From Octopus sinensis (Eukaryota): a stretch of DNA of 64,000 nt. A model generated the notes under the pieces. It saw only the letters and a list, made by a program, of their open reading frames with translations, had not been told where the DNA came from and ran no database searches. Position 1 is the stretch's first letter. Every line of letters starts with the position of its first letter. The stretch lies in contig NC_043003.1 in assembly GCF_006345805.1 (NCBI RefSeq), positions 84,816,001-84,880,000 on the forward strand. Direction: 5' to 3'. The position numbers were made by a program, and so were the translations under genes. This document shows, one piece after another, positions 40,241-51,430 of this stretch.

Positions 40241-41810
40241 TACCTTTGTGAAGAGTTACTTCAATCCTTTTAAAATATTATTATTATTAGTGCAAGTTGG
40301 CAGAATTGTATCTAGCATTTCCTGTGACTCTTTACGTTTTAGATCAAATCCCTCAGAAGTCACTCTGCTTTTCATCCCGCCTTAGGACAAAGTAAAGTGC
40401 CGGTCAAGTGCTAGGCGCGATAGTATCGACTAACGACCTACCTTCACAATTACTGGCCTTGTGCCTAAATTAGAACCTATTGCTTTTGTTGTAATTGTTC
40501 TTGTTATTGTTGTAATTGTTTTATATAGTCATTGTTGTATTTCGGAATGGTCATTTTGCCTGTTTAGCCAATAAAAACACATGCACTATATATTTGGTGT
40601 TACTCTGCTTCAGTGTTATTTATTTTTTACATTAATCTTAATCTTATTTCGGCCAGAGTTCTTTCGTCACACTCCTGTGACCACATCAGTGGTCCTTCGT
40701 TTTCTTCTCACTTATTTGTGTCTCTCCTTACTAACCGTCAGCCATTTTGTATTTCTATTGTATGTGTCTTCGTTTTATATAGTCATATTTTACATAGCCA
40801 TGTTTTACATAGTCATGTTTTGCTTTTTTGTTTAGTCCAATGAATATTCAATGGATTGTTATGGCAAAGGAAATGAATGACGTTATCGTTCTTGAGCTTG
40901 CTTACTCTGGAATGCCCCAGTCTTACAATTGCAGAGAAGCAGCCCTTCGGGTCTATGATAATGTATCAGGTAAATATCCAGCTATTCATGCACTTAAAAT
41001 ACTTAGAGACGGAGTTGTAAGGAAAATTAATAGTAAAAGAGATGCTAATATACTTGATGAAATGAATCATAATGTTGAATTTAAATAACTTGCGCCATTA
41101 GAATTTATATCTTAGTATCCACTTTACTCCGCGTCGTCCGAAGCAGACTTCGTGTTTAGAACCACTACGTTCTGAAGAAGAGAATTTGCTGTTATTTTGC
41201 TCCTCCAGCTGGTTTGATCCTCCAGCTTGTAATTCGCTGCAATCTGCATCCGATATATATTGCAAGCAGGAGAGTGGACCCCTACCATATTCCAGACACC
41301 ATACCACCAAACTGCACGTTCTCGACATTTTTGTGGTCATCCTCGGTGGTGGATACTCGTCTACTAGAGATAGCAATAGTTCACTCTTGCTCGCGTTATA
41401 CAGAAAATGAGAGACAGTCACTGATTTTGCAACAAGCAAATTATCGAGATGATAAAATCTCCTTAAGAGATAAAAGCAATAAATACGCTGAGAAGCAATG
41501 TTTATTGCCACTTAAGCATGGCTGTTTTCAGATTGCATGGAATAACCCGCTGGAGGAGGCGTCCTTCAGAGGTTAAAAAATAGCAGTAACGTCGGTTCCT
41601 ACGGAACTGTCATGTTTAAGACGTGATGAACGTTACTTCTCAGTATAGTTATTGCTTCATCTATATATAGCTAATTTCCTTGTGTGTTTATATATATATA
41701 TATATACATGTATGTATATATGTATATATATATATACATCTTTGTATATATGTATATATATATATATACATCTTTGTATATATGTATATATATATATATA
41801 CATCTTTGTA

Positions 41811-41867
<57 letters not shown>

Positions 41868-41968
41868 ATATATGTACATATATATATATATACATGTATG
41901 TATATATGTATATATATATATATACATGTATGTATATATGTATATATATATACATGTATGTATATATG

Positions 41969-41999
<31 letters not shown>

Positions 42000-42084
42000 A
42001 TATATGTATATATATATATATATATATGCATATACATATGCATGTATATATATATATATATATATATAAATATGCATATACATA

Positions 42085-42132
<48 letters not shown>

Positions 42133-42168
42133 TATATATACATATGCATATATATATATATATGCAAT

Positions 42169-42211
<43 letters not shown>

Positions 42212-42269
42212 AATGTATGTTTACATTTGACAGAAATTTTGATGGGAATATTCCACTAGTATTCCTTGA

Positions 42270-42794
42270 GTTGGTGTTTATGAATGTATTCCATAACAGG
42301 AATTTTCTACGCTTTGAGAATGGTCACTTTTTTCTTGAAGACCAGCTTCGTCCAGGAGGGACATCGACCTCCCGAACGAATGAAAACATTATGAAAACTC
42401 ATGAACTAATCTTGTAGGACCGTCACTGAACAATTGACAAACTTGTTGACACAACTGGGGCGTCCTGGAGCGCCTGCCAACGAATTTTGAACGAAAAATT
42501 GCGAATTAAAAGAGTTGCAGCAAAATTTGTGCCTCGCTTGCTCACGGAAGATCAAAAGTAGTCACGACTGAATGTGATGACGAAAGCTGGTGCTACAGAA
42601 TTTGCAGATGTGGAAGAGACTAAGAAAAAAACGACAGAGGCGTTAAACGACATCCCTTCGGAATAGGTCCAGCACTACTTCGAGGAGTAGAAAACAAATG
42701 GAGAATACTTTGAAAGCGATAAAAGTGTAAATGTAAAACTAAGTGAATAAAATAATATTTCAAAATTCCGGTTTCTTCTGGGTACCCCCTCGTA
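42270..42794 (+). mobile_element. Deleted mariner fragment with right TIR
   Basis: CQRILNEKLRIKRVAAKFVPRLLTEDQK; ends ttccggtttcttctgggtaccccctcg-TA. Confidence 0.8.
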
Positions 42795-42897
42795 TGTTTG
42801 CATTAATAATACTCGTATGGTTGTATTAATGCTCTAACAGTCTCTACATTAAACTTTATTCTTATTCTTTGCATCATTGTTGTTTTCTCATCGGCAG

Positions 42898-43047
42898 ATA
42901 TTGAAACAGATAATATGATTGGTCAATTTTGTGGACCGAAAACTGTTAGTATAGTTTCTTCTACTAACAGAATGCTGATTTGGTACTCGGCGAACTGGTC
43001 AGCTCACAGTCGGGGTTTTATGGCGGTGTATTACTCAAAACAAAAAG
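42898..43047 (+). CDS. CUB-domain membrane protein, exon e (end of CUB-B): (D)IETDNMIGQFCGPKTVSIVSSTNRMLIWYSANWSAHSRGFMAVYYSKQK
   Basis: Acceptor ttgttttctcatcggcag, donor gtaaat. The exon is 150 nt, phase 1-1, with CUB motifs IG.FCG, SSTNRM and RGF.A.Y. It completes the domain begun 25 kb upstream. Confidence 0.92.
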
Positions 43048-44849
43048 GTAAATAATATATAGTATTTTGTTTGTTTGTTTGTTTTTCAAATCTGTATACA
43101 GAGTATTTTCTGTGTATTTCCCTTAAACTAAGTGGTAAGTAATGTAGCGGTTCTTTGCTGAGATAATATTAACACTTTAAGAATTGTGCTTTCAAGATTT
43201 GAAATATTACATTCCATAAAATATGACATGTAATAGGCACTCCCCCCCCCCCCGTTCTCTGTGACATATAGAATGGAGATGATGCACATTATGAAATATC
43301 TATATAAAAAAAAACTGTTACTGAATTTTTCTAACCCTTGGCGACACAGAATTATATCATAGAAAATATGTATTGCGGATATATTTCTACTTGAAATTAT
43401 TAAGTTGACTAAACTCGATGTGAGACGTACAAAATGTTGTCACAAGTAAGATCTATTCCAACGTTGAGAAATGTGTATGAGTACGGACAAATGTATGTTC
43501 AAGTATGCATACACGAACGCATATAAACTCCTATGCAAATGTATACGTGTATGCATATCACATGCTCTGTATTCGTAACAGCGTAGGACTTTTCCTAGAA
43601 TGGAAATGTTCACATATGTAATGTTGCATTTTATATACAAAGACTAGCGAAATATTTACTACAATATTCTGTTACCCAGTAATCAAAATATGTATAATCC
43701 TCTGTTCTTCGGACAGTAATGTATGAATATTAATTTATTCTTTGGGCATCAATGTGTCAAATATTTTGGTACTGATTAGGAAAACGCGTAAAAGTACACA
43801 GAATATGAATCGTTGATTGGTTGATAAAAATCATTTTAATTAATTCACTTGTCAAAGAAATCAATGGGTCCGTGACTGCATCCTGATGAAGTCGCTCAGG
43901 CATGGTATAAAGTTCACCTTTTGCATGAAACAGTTGTTACAAAGTCATCACAGTTTCCTAAAGAAGCCTAGAATGCATTTTACATGGTGGAGGCTATCCT
44001 CAACTAAATTGTTTTGTTGACCACTGACAGGTCTCCACTCACGCTTTAAAAGTTCTACTAAATTCTGTTGTAGCTGAATTACTGAACTTACTTCTGATTC
44101 CAGTAGTCATTTCATGTTCGACATTTAGAGCAAAATAGTGAATGAAAGTTATCTTGCTTCTACATTCAAGTTCTTATTTCGATCTTATATTCCTAGATCC
44201 TATTTGAATCTTATATAACACCATCATATTGCTAGTCTTATTGGAATATGCTGTGCAAAGTCTGTCTTCTGTTTTTTTTTTTTTTTTTGGGGGGTTTTTT
44301 TCAATTTGCAATCCAGAATCCTTTGCGTTGTGATCTTAAAATATTGTATGTTCTGCTACTACACTTTCCAATCTAGATATAATCGTAATCCAATTCAATT
44401 AACAAGAAGTATATTATATCCGCGATGAGGTCTATATCTGTTGGTAAAGGCATCTCCAAATCTACGAAAGCTTTTTAAAATCAGGTTAGATTGGGTAATT
44501 CGGTCCTTGATAACCTTTGTCTGAAAATATAACAAACATAAGCTGACGGTTACAGCTGGAACACGTTTGATCATGGCTTAAATACTGTTGATCTAGTACA
44601 GCCTATAAATTTAAAATTCAACTATTTTGCATTAATTTTTTTTTTTAAATGCTTTATCATCATCATTATTATTATTATTATGGCAGGTGGCGAACTGACA
44701 GAGACGTTAGCACGCTGGACGAAATGCTTAACAGTATTTCGCCCGCCGCTACATTCGGAGTTCATATTCCACCGAGGTCGGCTTTGACTTTCATCCTTTA
44801 GGGGACTAATTATTATTATTATCATCATTATTATTGTTATTATTATATG

Positions 44850-46068
44850 TTTGATTTTTGCTTTCTATTTATACAAGTTAACTCCAACTATCACCCAGAG
44901 ACCTCAATAGACAACAAGTTAGAAGTTAAAGTTGGTGTTATGACTAGGGTGCATATATTTGGTTTTGCACAAAGTATTGTTCTAGAGAATGTTTAAGAAA
45001 ACATAAGAAAATTATAAGTTTGTTTGAAAATTTGAGTTTACATAGACAGTATTTTACGTAGCATATGGGCAATTCCCATGAGCACTATTTTTTGAATTTC
45101 AGCCATTTTGGGATTTCGTGATATCTGTGTTAGGTAGCAATCAGCTCCTTTTGCTATCATTCCTAAGGCACCTATGACAACAGGTATTGTTTTAGTCTTG
45201 AGATTCCACATTTTGCCAATTTCTATTTCAAGATCTTTATATTTGCTCAGATTTTGGTAGATTTTGACAGATACATTTATATCGAATGGAACAGTCATAT
45301 TGATGAGGAGGCATGATCTTTGTCTGAAGTCCTTCAATATAATGTCTAGCCTATTCACAGCTATCTTTCTGTCAGTTTGAACGGTGAAGTTCTAGAGGAT
45401 TGAGATGTGGTCATTTTTAAGCACTGGAAGTGGCTTGCGTTCCCATCAGTTTTTATCATGGGGCAGGTCCAAGTTTTTGCAAATTACACAGTAATATACT
45501 GTGCTGCTCTATCATGCCTGTTGAGATACTTTGTAGGCACAAGAAGACTGCAAATGGTGGCAACATGATCAATGGTTTCATTTTGTTGTTTACATACACA
45601 ACATGTTGGGTTACTGCCGTTCTTTAATATGTTGACCTGGTAGGTCTTTATCAATAGGTATTGATCTTGGGCTGCTATGATAAACCCTTCTGTCTTTGAT
45701 TTTTAAGCCAGAGAACACTAACCATTGACGGGTAAGGGCTCTGTCAACATCGGTATTATTAACTCTCTTTGGGTATTTGCTATTGAGAGATTTTCCAGTA
45801 CGTCTAATTCTGGGATTTGTTTTTTGGAATTCATTTAGATATTTCTTTGCCTGTTTTGTTACTGAGTATGATAGTTTCTTGTTTTCCTGCTTTAAAACAA
45901 GTTTTAACATCTAGTCATCAGCGTTTTTCGGGTAGATGTTTCGGTCTGTTGTGTCAATCATCGTTAATTCCAGTTGTAAAAGTCCACAACCAAGCTTTTT
46001 TCTTGGCATGTAAAGTGGTTCTATATCTGCTTTTGGGCAGTGCATTCTGTCAACAATTTGTCAACAAT
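44850..46068 (-). mobile_element. R4/Dong-clade 3' fragment in the last intron of the CUB-TM gene
   Basis: MHCPKADI, MLKLVLKQENKKLSYSVTKQAKKYL, ETIDHV, LLINMTVPFDINVSVKIYQNLSKYKDLEIEI and IPVVIGALG. Close to copy 1 and retains the 3' end that copy 1 lacks. Confidence 0.88.
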
Positions 46069-46271
46069 TTCTTCTTCTTCTTCTTCTTCTTCTTCTTCTT
46101 CTTCTTCTTCTTCTTCTTCTTCTTCTTCTTCTTCTTCTTCTTCTTCTTCTTCTTCTTCTTCTTCTTCTTCTTCTTCTTCTTCTTCTTCTTCTTTTTCTTC
46201 TTCTTCTCTTCTTCTTCTTCTTCTTCTTCTTCTTCTTCTTCTTCTTCTTCTTCTTCTTCTTCTCCTTCTTC

Positions 46272-46304
<33 letters not shown>
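46069..46304 (+). repeat. (TTC)~67 followed by (ATT)~10, immediately upstream of the last splice acceptor
   Basis: Read directly; two small interruptions near 46195-46208. Confidence 0.95.
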
Positions 46305-46312
46305 CATTGTAG

Positions 46313-46512
46313 GTACTAAAATTCCTCAGCAGTCTCTGGATCGAACTCCAATCATTTGCATCATTCTCATTGTGGCTGTGATCATATGTATTATTTATGT
46401 ATTTAACTGGTATTGGCAGTGTTGTCGACACAACAAGATAAACAGATTACACACTTGGAGGACCTCTCGAAAAAACTACCACAAATTCGACAACGATAAT
46501 ATTGAAGAGTGA
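46313..46512 (+). CDS. CUB-domain membrane protein, terminal exon f (TM helix and tail): (G)TKIPQQSLDRTP-IICIILIVAVIICIIYVFNWYW-QCCRHNKINRLHTWRTSRKNYHKFDNDNIEE*
   Basis: Acceptor cattgtag after (TTC)n(ATT)n. The phase-1 start matches exon e. It encodes a 22-residue hydrophobic segment, then a basic juxtamembrane stretch and TGA, with AATAAA 30 nt downstream. Confidence 0.82.
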
Positions 46513-46541
46513 TATTCAAAACACAAAAATATCATTTAAAA

Positions 46542-46547
46542 AATAAA
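46542..46547 (+). terminator. Candidate polyadenylation signal AATAAA of the CUB-TM gene (second one at 46623-46628)
   Basis: Hexamer 30 nt after the stop codon. AATAAA is common in AT-rich DNA, so support is positional only. Confidence 0.4.
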
Positions 46548-46811
46548 CAAGAAGAAAGCAAACAGCAGCATAAGTAATTACATGTACAGATCTATAATTT
46601 TCACAATACAATACAAAACAAAAATAAAGGATTATATATATGTGTACAAAGCTGATTAACTGAAATTTTCTGACGAAAATATTTTTGGTGTTGTTCCGAA
46701 TAGACAAAATACAATTTTTGAGAGAGAAGGGTAAAACGCAAATGAGTTAATTAAATGTATTACTGGTAATACAGTTCTGTATTTTTGAGATGAGAAACTC
46801 TGTACATTATT

Positions 46812-47043
46812 TACATTATTTACATTAGACGGAAACGTGTCCTTATCTTGTTTATTGTTACCACAACGTTTCGGCTGATTTACTCTCTAGCCTTCATCAG
46901 GTGTCGTAGTAGGATTTTGAACACTGGATTGGGTTCAAAATCCTACTAGGACACCTGATGAAGGCTGCAGAGTAAATCAGTTGCAACGTTGTGGTAACAA
47001 CAGACAGGATGAGGACACATGTCGATCTAATGTAAATAATGTA
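46812..47043. mobile_element. Penelope-derived fold-back hairpin (about 110-bp arms, 12-nt loop)
   Basis: tacattatttacattaga...tagtaggattttgaa [cactggattggg] ttcaaaatcctacta...tctaatgtaaataatgta. Confidence 0.85.
46857..46905 (-). ncRNA. Minimal hammerhead ribozyme motif (left arm of hairpin, minus strand)
   Basis: Minus strand reads acac-CTGATGA-a-ggct...agcc-GAAAC-GTT-gtg: a 3-bp stem I and palindromic AACGTT stem III, as in dimeric PLE hammerheads. Confidence 0.6.
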
Positions 47044-48049
47044 TTACTGGTGTGTGAAATGAAAGAAAGTATCTGAAGAGCGAAAGAAAGTTTCCACTCC
47101 CGCGAAAATTGCACACAAGGGACGAAACTATAAATATTGAAAGACAATAGATTAACAATTCTGTCTTATTCTTTGATTCATTGTTCTTTCCCAAAACTGG
47201 TTTTAGACTGAAATATTAACAAACAGTAGAAAAGTTTGAGTTCTACTAACTCTATAGTAATGTTTCTGTTTTCTGCTCTTCACATGCATGTGTATTTGCC
47301 AATCATCTGGTGGTGTTGTGTGTATCTGTATACATGCACACATCCGTGCATACATGTACACATGCATACACACATACAAACACACATTCATACATGCATA
47401 CATAGGAGGTATGCGTGTACGTGTTCAAACTTAAGTTTAGTAATCTGTTTAAAGGACGAAAAAAATCACCAGGAAACCATCGAAAAGTGTCAATCCACAG
47501 AGCTGTGTATAAAATAGAAATACAAATAATAATTAAGTTCTCTACTATTAATTCCGTTGTTACCGCATTGATAAATACGTTAGTTATTCACATAGATACA
47601 GAGCCACATGTGCAGTGGATTAATTTCAGCAGTTCCCGTCTGGCATTTATTTTATTGACTCCAGAAAAATGTAAGGCAAAATTAACATTGTTGGAATACA
47701 AAATCAGTACATACAGAGGAATTTAACTAAATACTGTAAGGTACTTTGGCAAAACTTGTAACGATTGTGCTAAACCAAACGACTCTGCGTTAAGGATTAT
47801 TATTAACTAAGGGTTTGACGATGAGTAAATAGAAATTATAGAGATCTTGGCTAAACATTGTATAGTGTTATACTACTTTTTCCTTTGTAGACATTGAACT
47901 CCATCCAAGATTTATTTCTGTGAAGTTCTCTAGCAGAATGAAGCATATACCATTCAAGCAGATTAATTTTGGTTCACCATTGTATTAAGAAAACCAAATA
48001 TAACACTAGTCACTCTTTCGAATCACAAAAATTACGTTCGGGAAAAATT

Positions 48050-48600
48050 ACGTGCTGAAAAAGAGTTGGGATGAGGAAGAGGGGAAGGAGGAGGGGGAGG
48101 GGGAAAGTAGAAGGTGGAGTAGGGGAAGGAGGGGGAGCAGTAGCAACAGCAGCAGGAGAAATAGGAGGATGAGAAGAAAGAAAATGAAGGGGAGGAGGAA
48201 GAGAAGAAAGATGAAGAGGAACAGAAGAAAGATGAAGAAGAAGGGGAGGAAGTGGAGGAAGAGGAGAAAGAAGCTGAAGGGAAGGAGGAGGAGGAGAAAG
48301 AAGAAGAGGAGACGACGGAGAAGGAAGAAGAAGGGTTGGAGAGGAGTAGAAGGATGAAGAAGAACGAGAGGAAGAGGGGAAGAAGAGAGAGAAGAAGGAA
48401 GAATTGAAGGAGGGGAAGAAGAAAATGGAAGGAGGAAGGGAGAAGATGAAGAAGGGGAAGAGGAGGAGGAGGAAGAAGAAGAAGGGGAGTAGGTGGGGGA
48501 AGAAGCGAGGAGGAGGAAGTTGAGGAGGGGAGGAGGTAGAGGAGGAGGAGGATGAAGAGGGAGTAGGGTGGAGGAGGAATGACGAGGAAGAGAAGATTTA
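48050..48600 (+). repeat. About 550-bp polypurine (GGA/GAA-rich) low-complexity tract
   Basis: Almost pyrimidine-free on the + strand. Its ORFs are compositional artefacts. Confidence 0.9.
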
Positions 48601-48768
48601 ATGAACGTGGAGGATGAAGACCAATATTTAAAGGTTTATTGGCTAATGTTGAATGCACAAATTGGCCAGTAGTGAATCCCAAAATTTGGAATGCCTTCTT
48701 ACGGTTGTTTTGAGGGGTCGAATCATTTGTAGTGATTAATAAAAGTTCTCGTAGATTCTGTCTCTTCC

Positions 48769-48800
<32 letters not shown>

Positions 48801-49372
48801 TACGGAGGACCTGAATGAAAACAATTGCAGCGCGGAAGGTGTTTCTAAGCCATTTAAAACACACAAAAACCCTTAGATTCATTTCAACATTTAAATTTAA
48901 TTTGTCAAAATAGTTTCGTTGCTTTGAGATCGCGACCTGTTCACTGTCAAAATTCCGTGTTATATATATATATATTTCTTTACTACCCACAAGGGGCTAA
49001 ACATAGAGGGGACAAACAAGGACAGACAAAGAGACTAAGTCGATCACATCGACACCAGTGCGTAATTGGTACTTAATTTATCGACCCCGAAAGGATGAAA
49101 GGCAAAGTCGACCTCGGCGGAATTTGAACCCAGAACATTTAACGGCAGACGAAATACGGCTACGCATTTCGGCCGACGTGCTAACGTTTCTGCCAACTCG
49201 CTGTGTTATATAGATATATTCAAATGAATATGGTACTTAAGTTGAGACACCAGAATTTAGTACGGTATTATCCATACAATTTCAAAGTAAGGTGATTTAA
49301 ATCAAAATAAGCAACAAGGATATCAAAGATATCGTACTGCATTACCTCTCGATATACTTGTTGCTTATTTTG

Positions 49373-49410
<38 letters not shown>

Positions 49411-51189
49411 TGATATTATACAATTTTTAATTTTTATATATACATTATAACATGTTTCAGTTCCTGAATTATATATATATATACTCTTTTACTCTTTTAC
49501 TTGTTTCAGCCATCCGGCTGGGGCCATTATATATATATAATTTTAACAAAGATAATTTCAGATTGAGCAGTGGACGACTTTTTCTTATTTTCCCGGTTCA
49601 ATAAAATAAGAACTCGACAAGAATTGGCGTCGTCAATTCAGTCGATGATCTTTCCCCTCGATCCAGTTTGTTACCTTCTGCCAATGTATGATATCACCAT
49701 TAACAGATGTTAATGCAATAATCGGCAGGAAATGGTATTGTATCGGACTAAATATTGCTTTGTTTCATTCCCCTACGCTTCCAGTCGAAATCCAGCCACC
49801 TTTCAGTTTGACAATCAATAACGGTAGCTATATACTCTTCGTGTTACAATAAGTCCCAGTAAAATACTGGTTTCACCTGAATATACATTTCTTCCTATCT
49901 TCCAATCTTCAAACATGTGGCGTTGTATTAAAATTAACCCAAACGTATAAACTATTTTTGCAACTTGTTTAGTTCTTTTTTAATATAAAAAAATATTGGG
50001 AGCTAGCGTGTTCTCATACTTTAATTTTGATCATTATTACAAGCAACAGAGATTCCTTAATTAAAGAGAAAACTGTAGCAAATTTTTCTGCAGAATTTTA
50101 CACGAACATTAAGAATGTTTAGCAGTTGTACAACGTTCACGATTCGTTTTATTTTTTTAAAGGTTCGTTTTGTAACACTGCATTTTATCTTAATAATACT
50201 CAAAATTAAATCACGATCTGGTGGTTTGCTTGAAGTATTGGATATATAAGCGAGTGAGAATGAAAGAATTATTTCTGGTTTTGATATGCCTAAATCATGA
50301 AATGAAAGCGAGAAAATAAGTATCAAAATTGTTTTTTTATTTGTCACACTTCTTTACCTATATGAAGAAATTAAATCAAATTAATCACAAATTACTTTGA
50401 ACAAAAGTAAGGGACATCGTGTTCTATTTCATACATATATGGGTGCAGTCTCTACTTGTGGAGATTTTAATTGGCTCGTTTGAGAGTTAAGTATCTTGAC
50501 CGAGGTTTTGTATTTATAATAGCACGATACAAAGAAAGGCAACTGTTGTGACATTTTTCAAGACTTCGGAGATGGGCGAGAGTAGGGTAGAAATCTATCC
50601 ATAAACTGGAGACTGCATGCGAATAATTGTGAAAGAGAACTTCTGATAAAAGTACCCAAATGGTAAAAGTGATGTTAAACCGAGTGGCAGATATGTAACT
50701 ACGGGAATTACTTCGCCAACACACTTCTACAGAGAATTTCAACACAGGCTTTGATTGCTCCGTTGGTAGAGTATACATATACAATGTAATATATAGGAAG
50801 ATCGGACAGTGTGAAGGAGATTTCCTAACCACAAGACCATTCCTGTACCTATTATGCTATTGAGAGAGCACTGGAAAAAGCTGACGTATCGATTATTTAA
50901 ATGATTTTCTATTAACGCGAAATTCTCAAGGTGATAGAAAACTATTTAACTGGGTTTAATGCGATCTTGTTCATTTCCACAGCTTTATCAATTACAGTCG
51001 CATATCCCAATAGCCTGCTCAATTTCTACAGCCCCTTTAATGACTTCCACATCTCTACAGTCCTTTCTCTCAATACCATGCATCTCCACCGTCTTTAACA
51101 ACTATCACCACAACATCAAAATCCAATCAATAACTGCTACACATCTAGTCTTTTCACTCTTTGTCACCCATTTTCACAATTACTTCAAT

Positions 51190-51430
51190 CAGTCATCTAT
51201 CTATCTATCCGTTCAGTCGAAGTCGACTCTCGGTTACTCGATGGATCAGTGTCCTGCAGTCAGTTCTATCCTGGGCCGCTTCTTTCAGATTGGCTATGTC
51301 CATTCCGATATCACTATTGATGATGTCAAGCCAGCGGGTTCTTGGTCGGCCTCTTCCTCTCTTGCCACTGACCATTCCGAGCATGATGTCCTTCTCCAGG
51401 GATTTTCTCCGCATAATATGACTGTGGCTT
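51190..51430 (-). mobile_element. RTE (BovB-like) LINE 3' end with (GATA)n tail
   Basis: KSLEKDIMLGMVSGKRGRGRPRTRWLD...LKEAAQDRTDCRTLIHRVTESRLRLNG*, typical of the RTE C-terminus. Confidence 0.85.
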
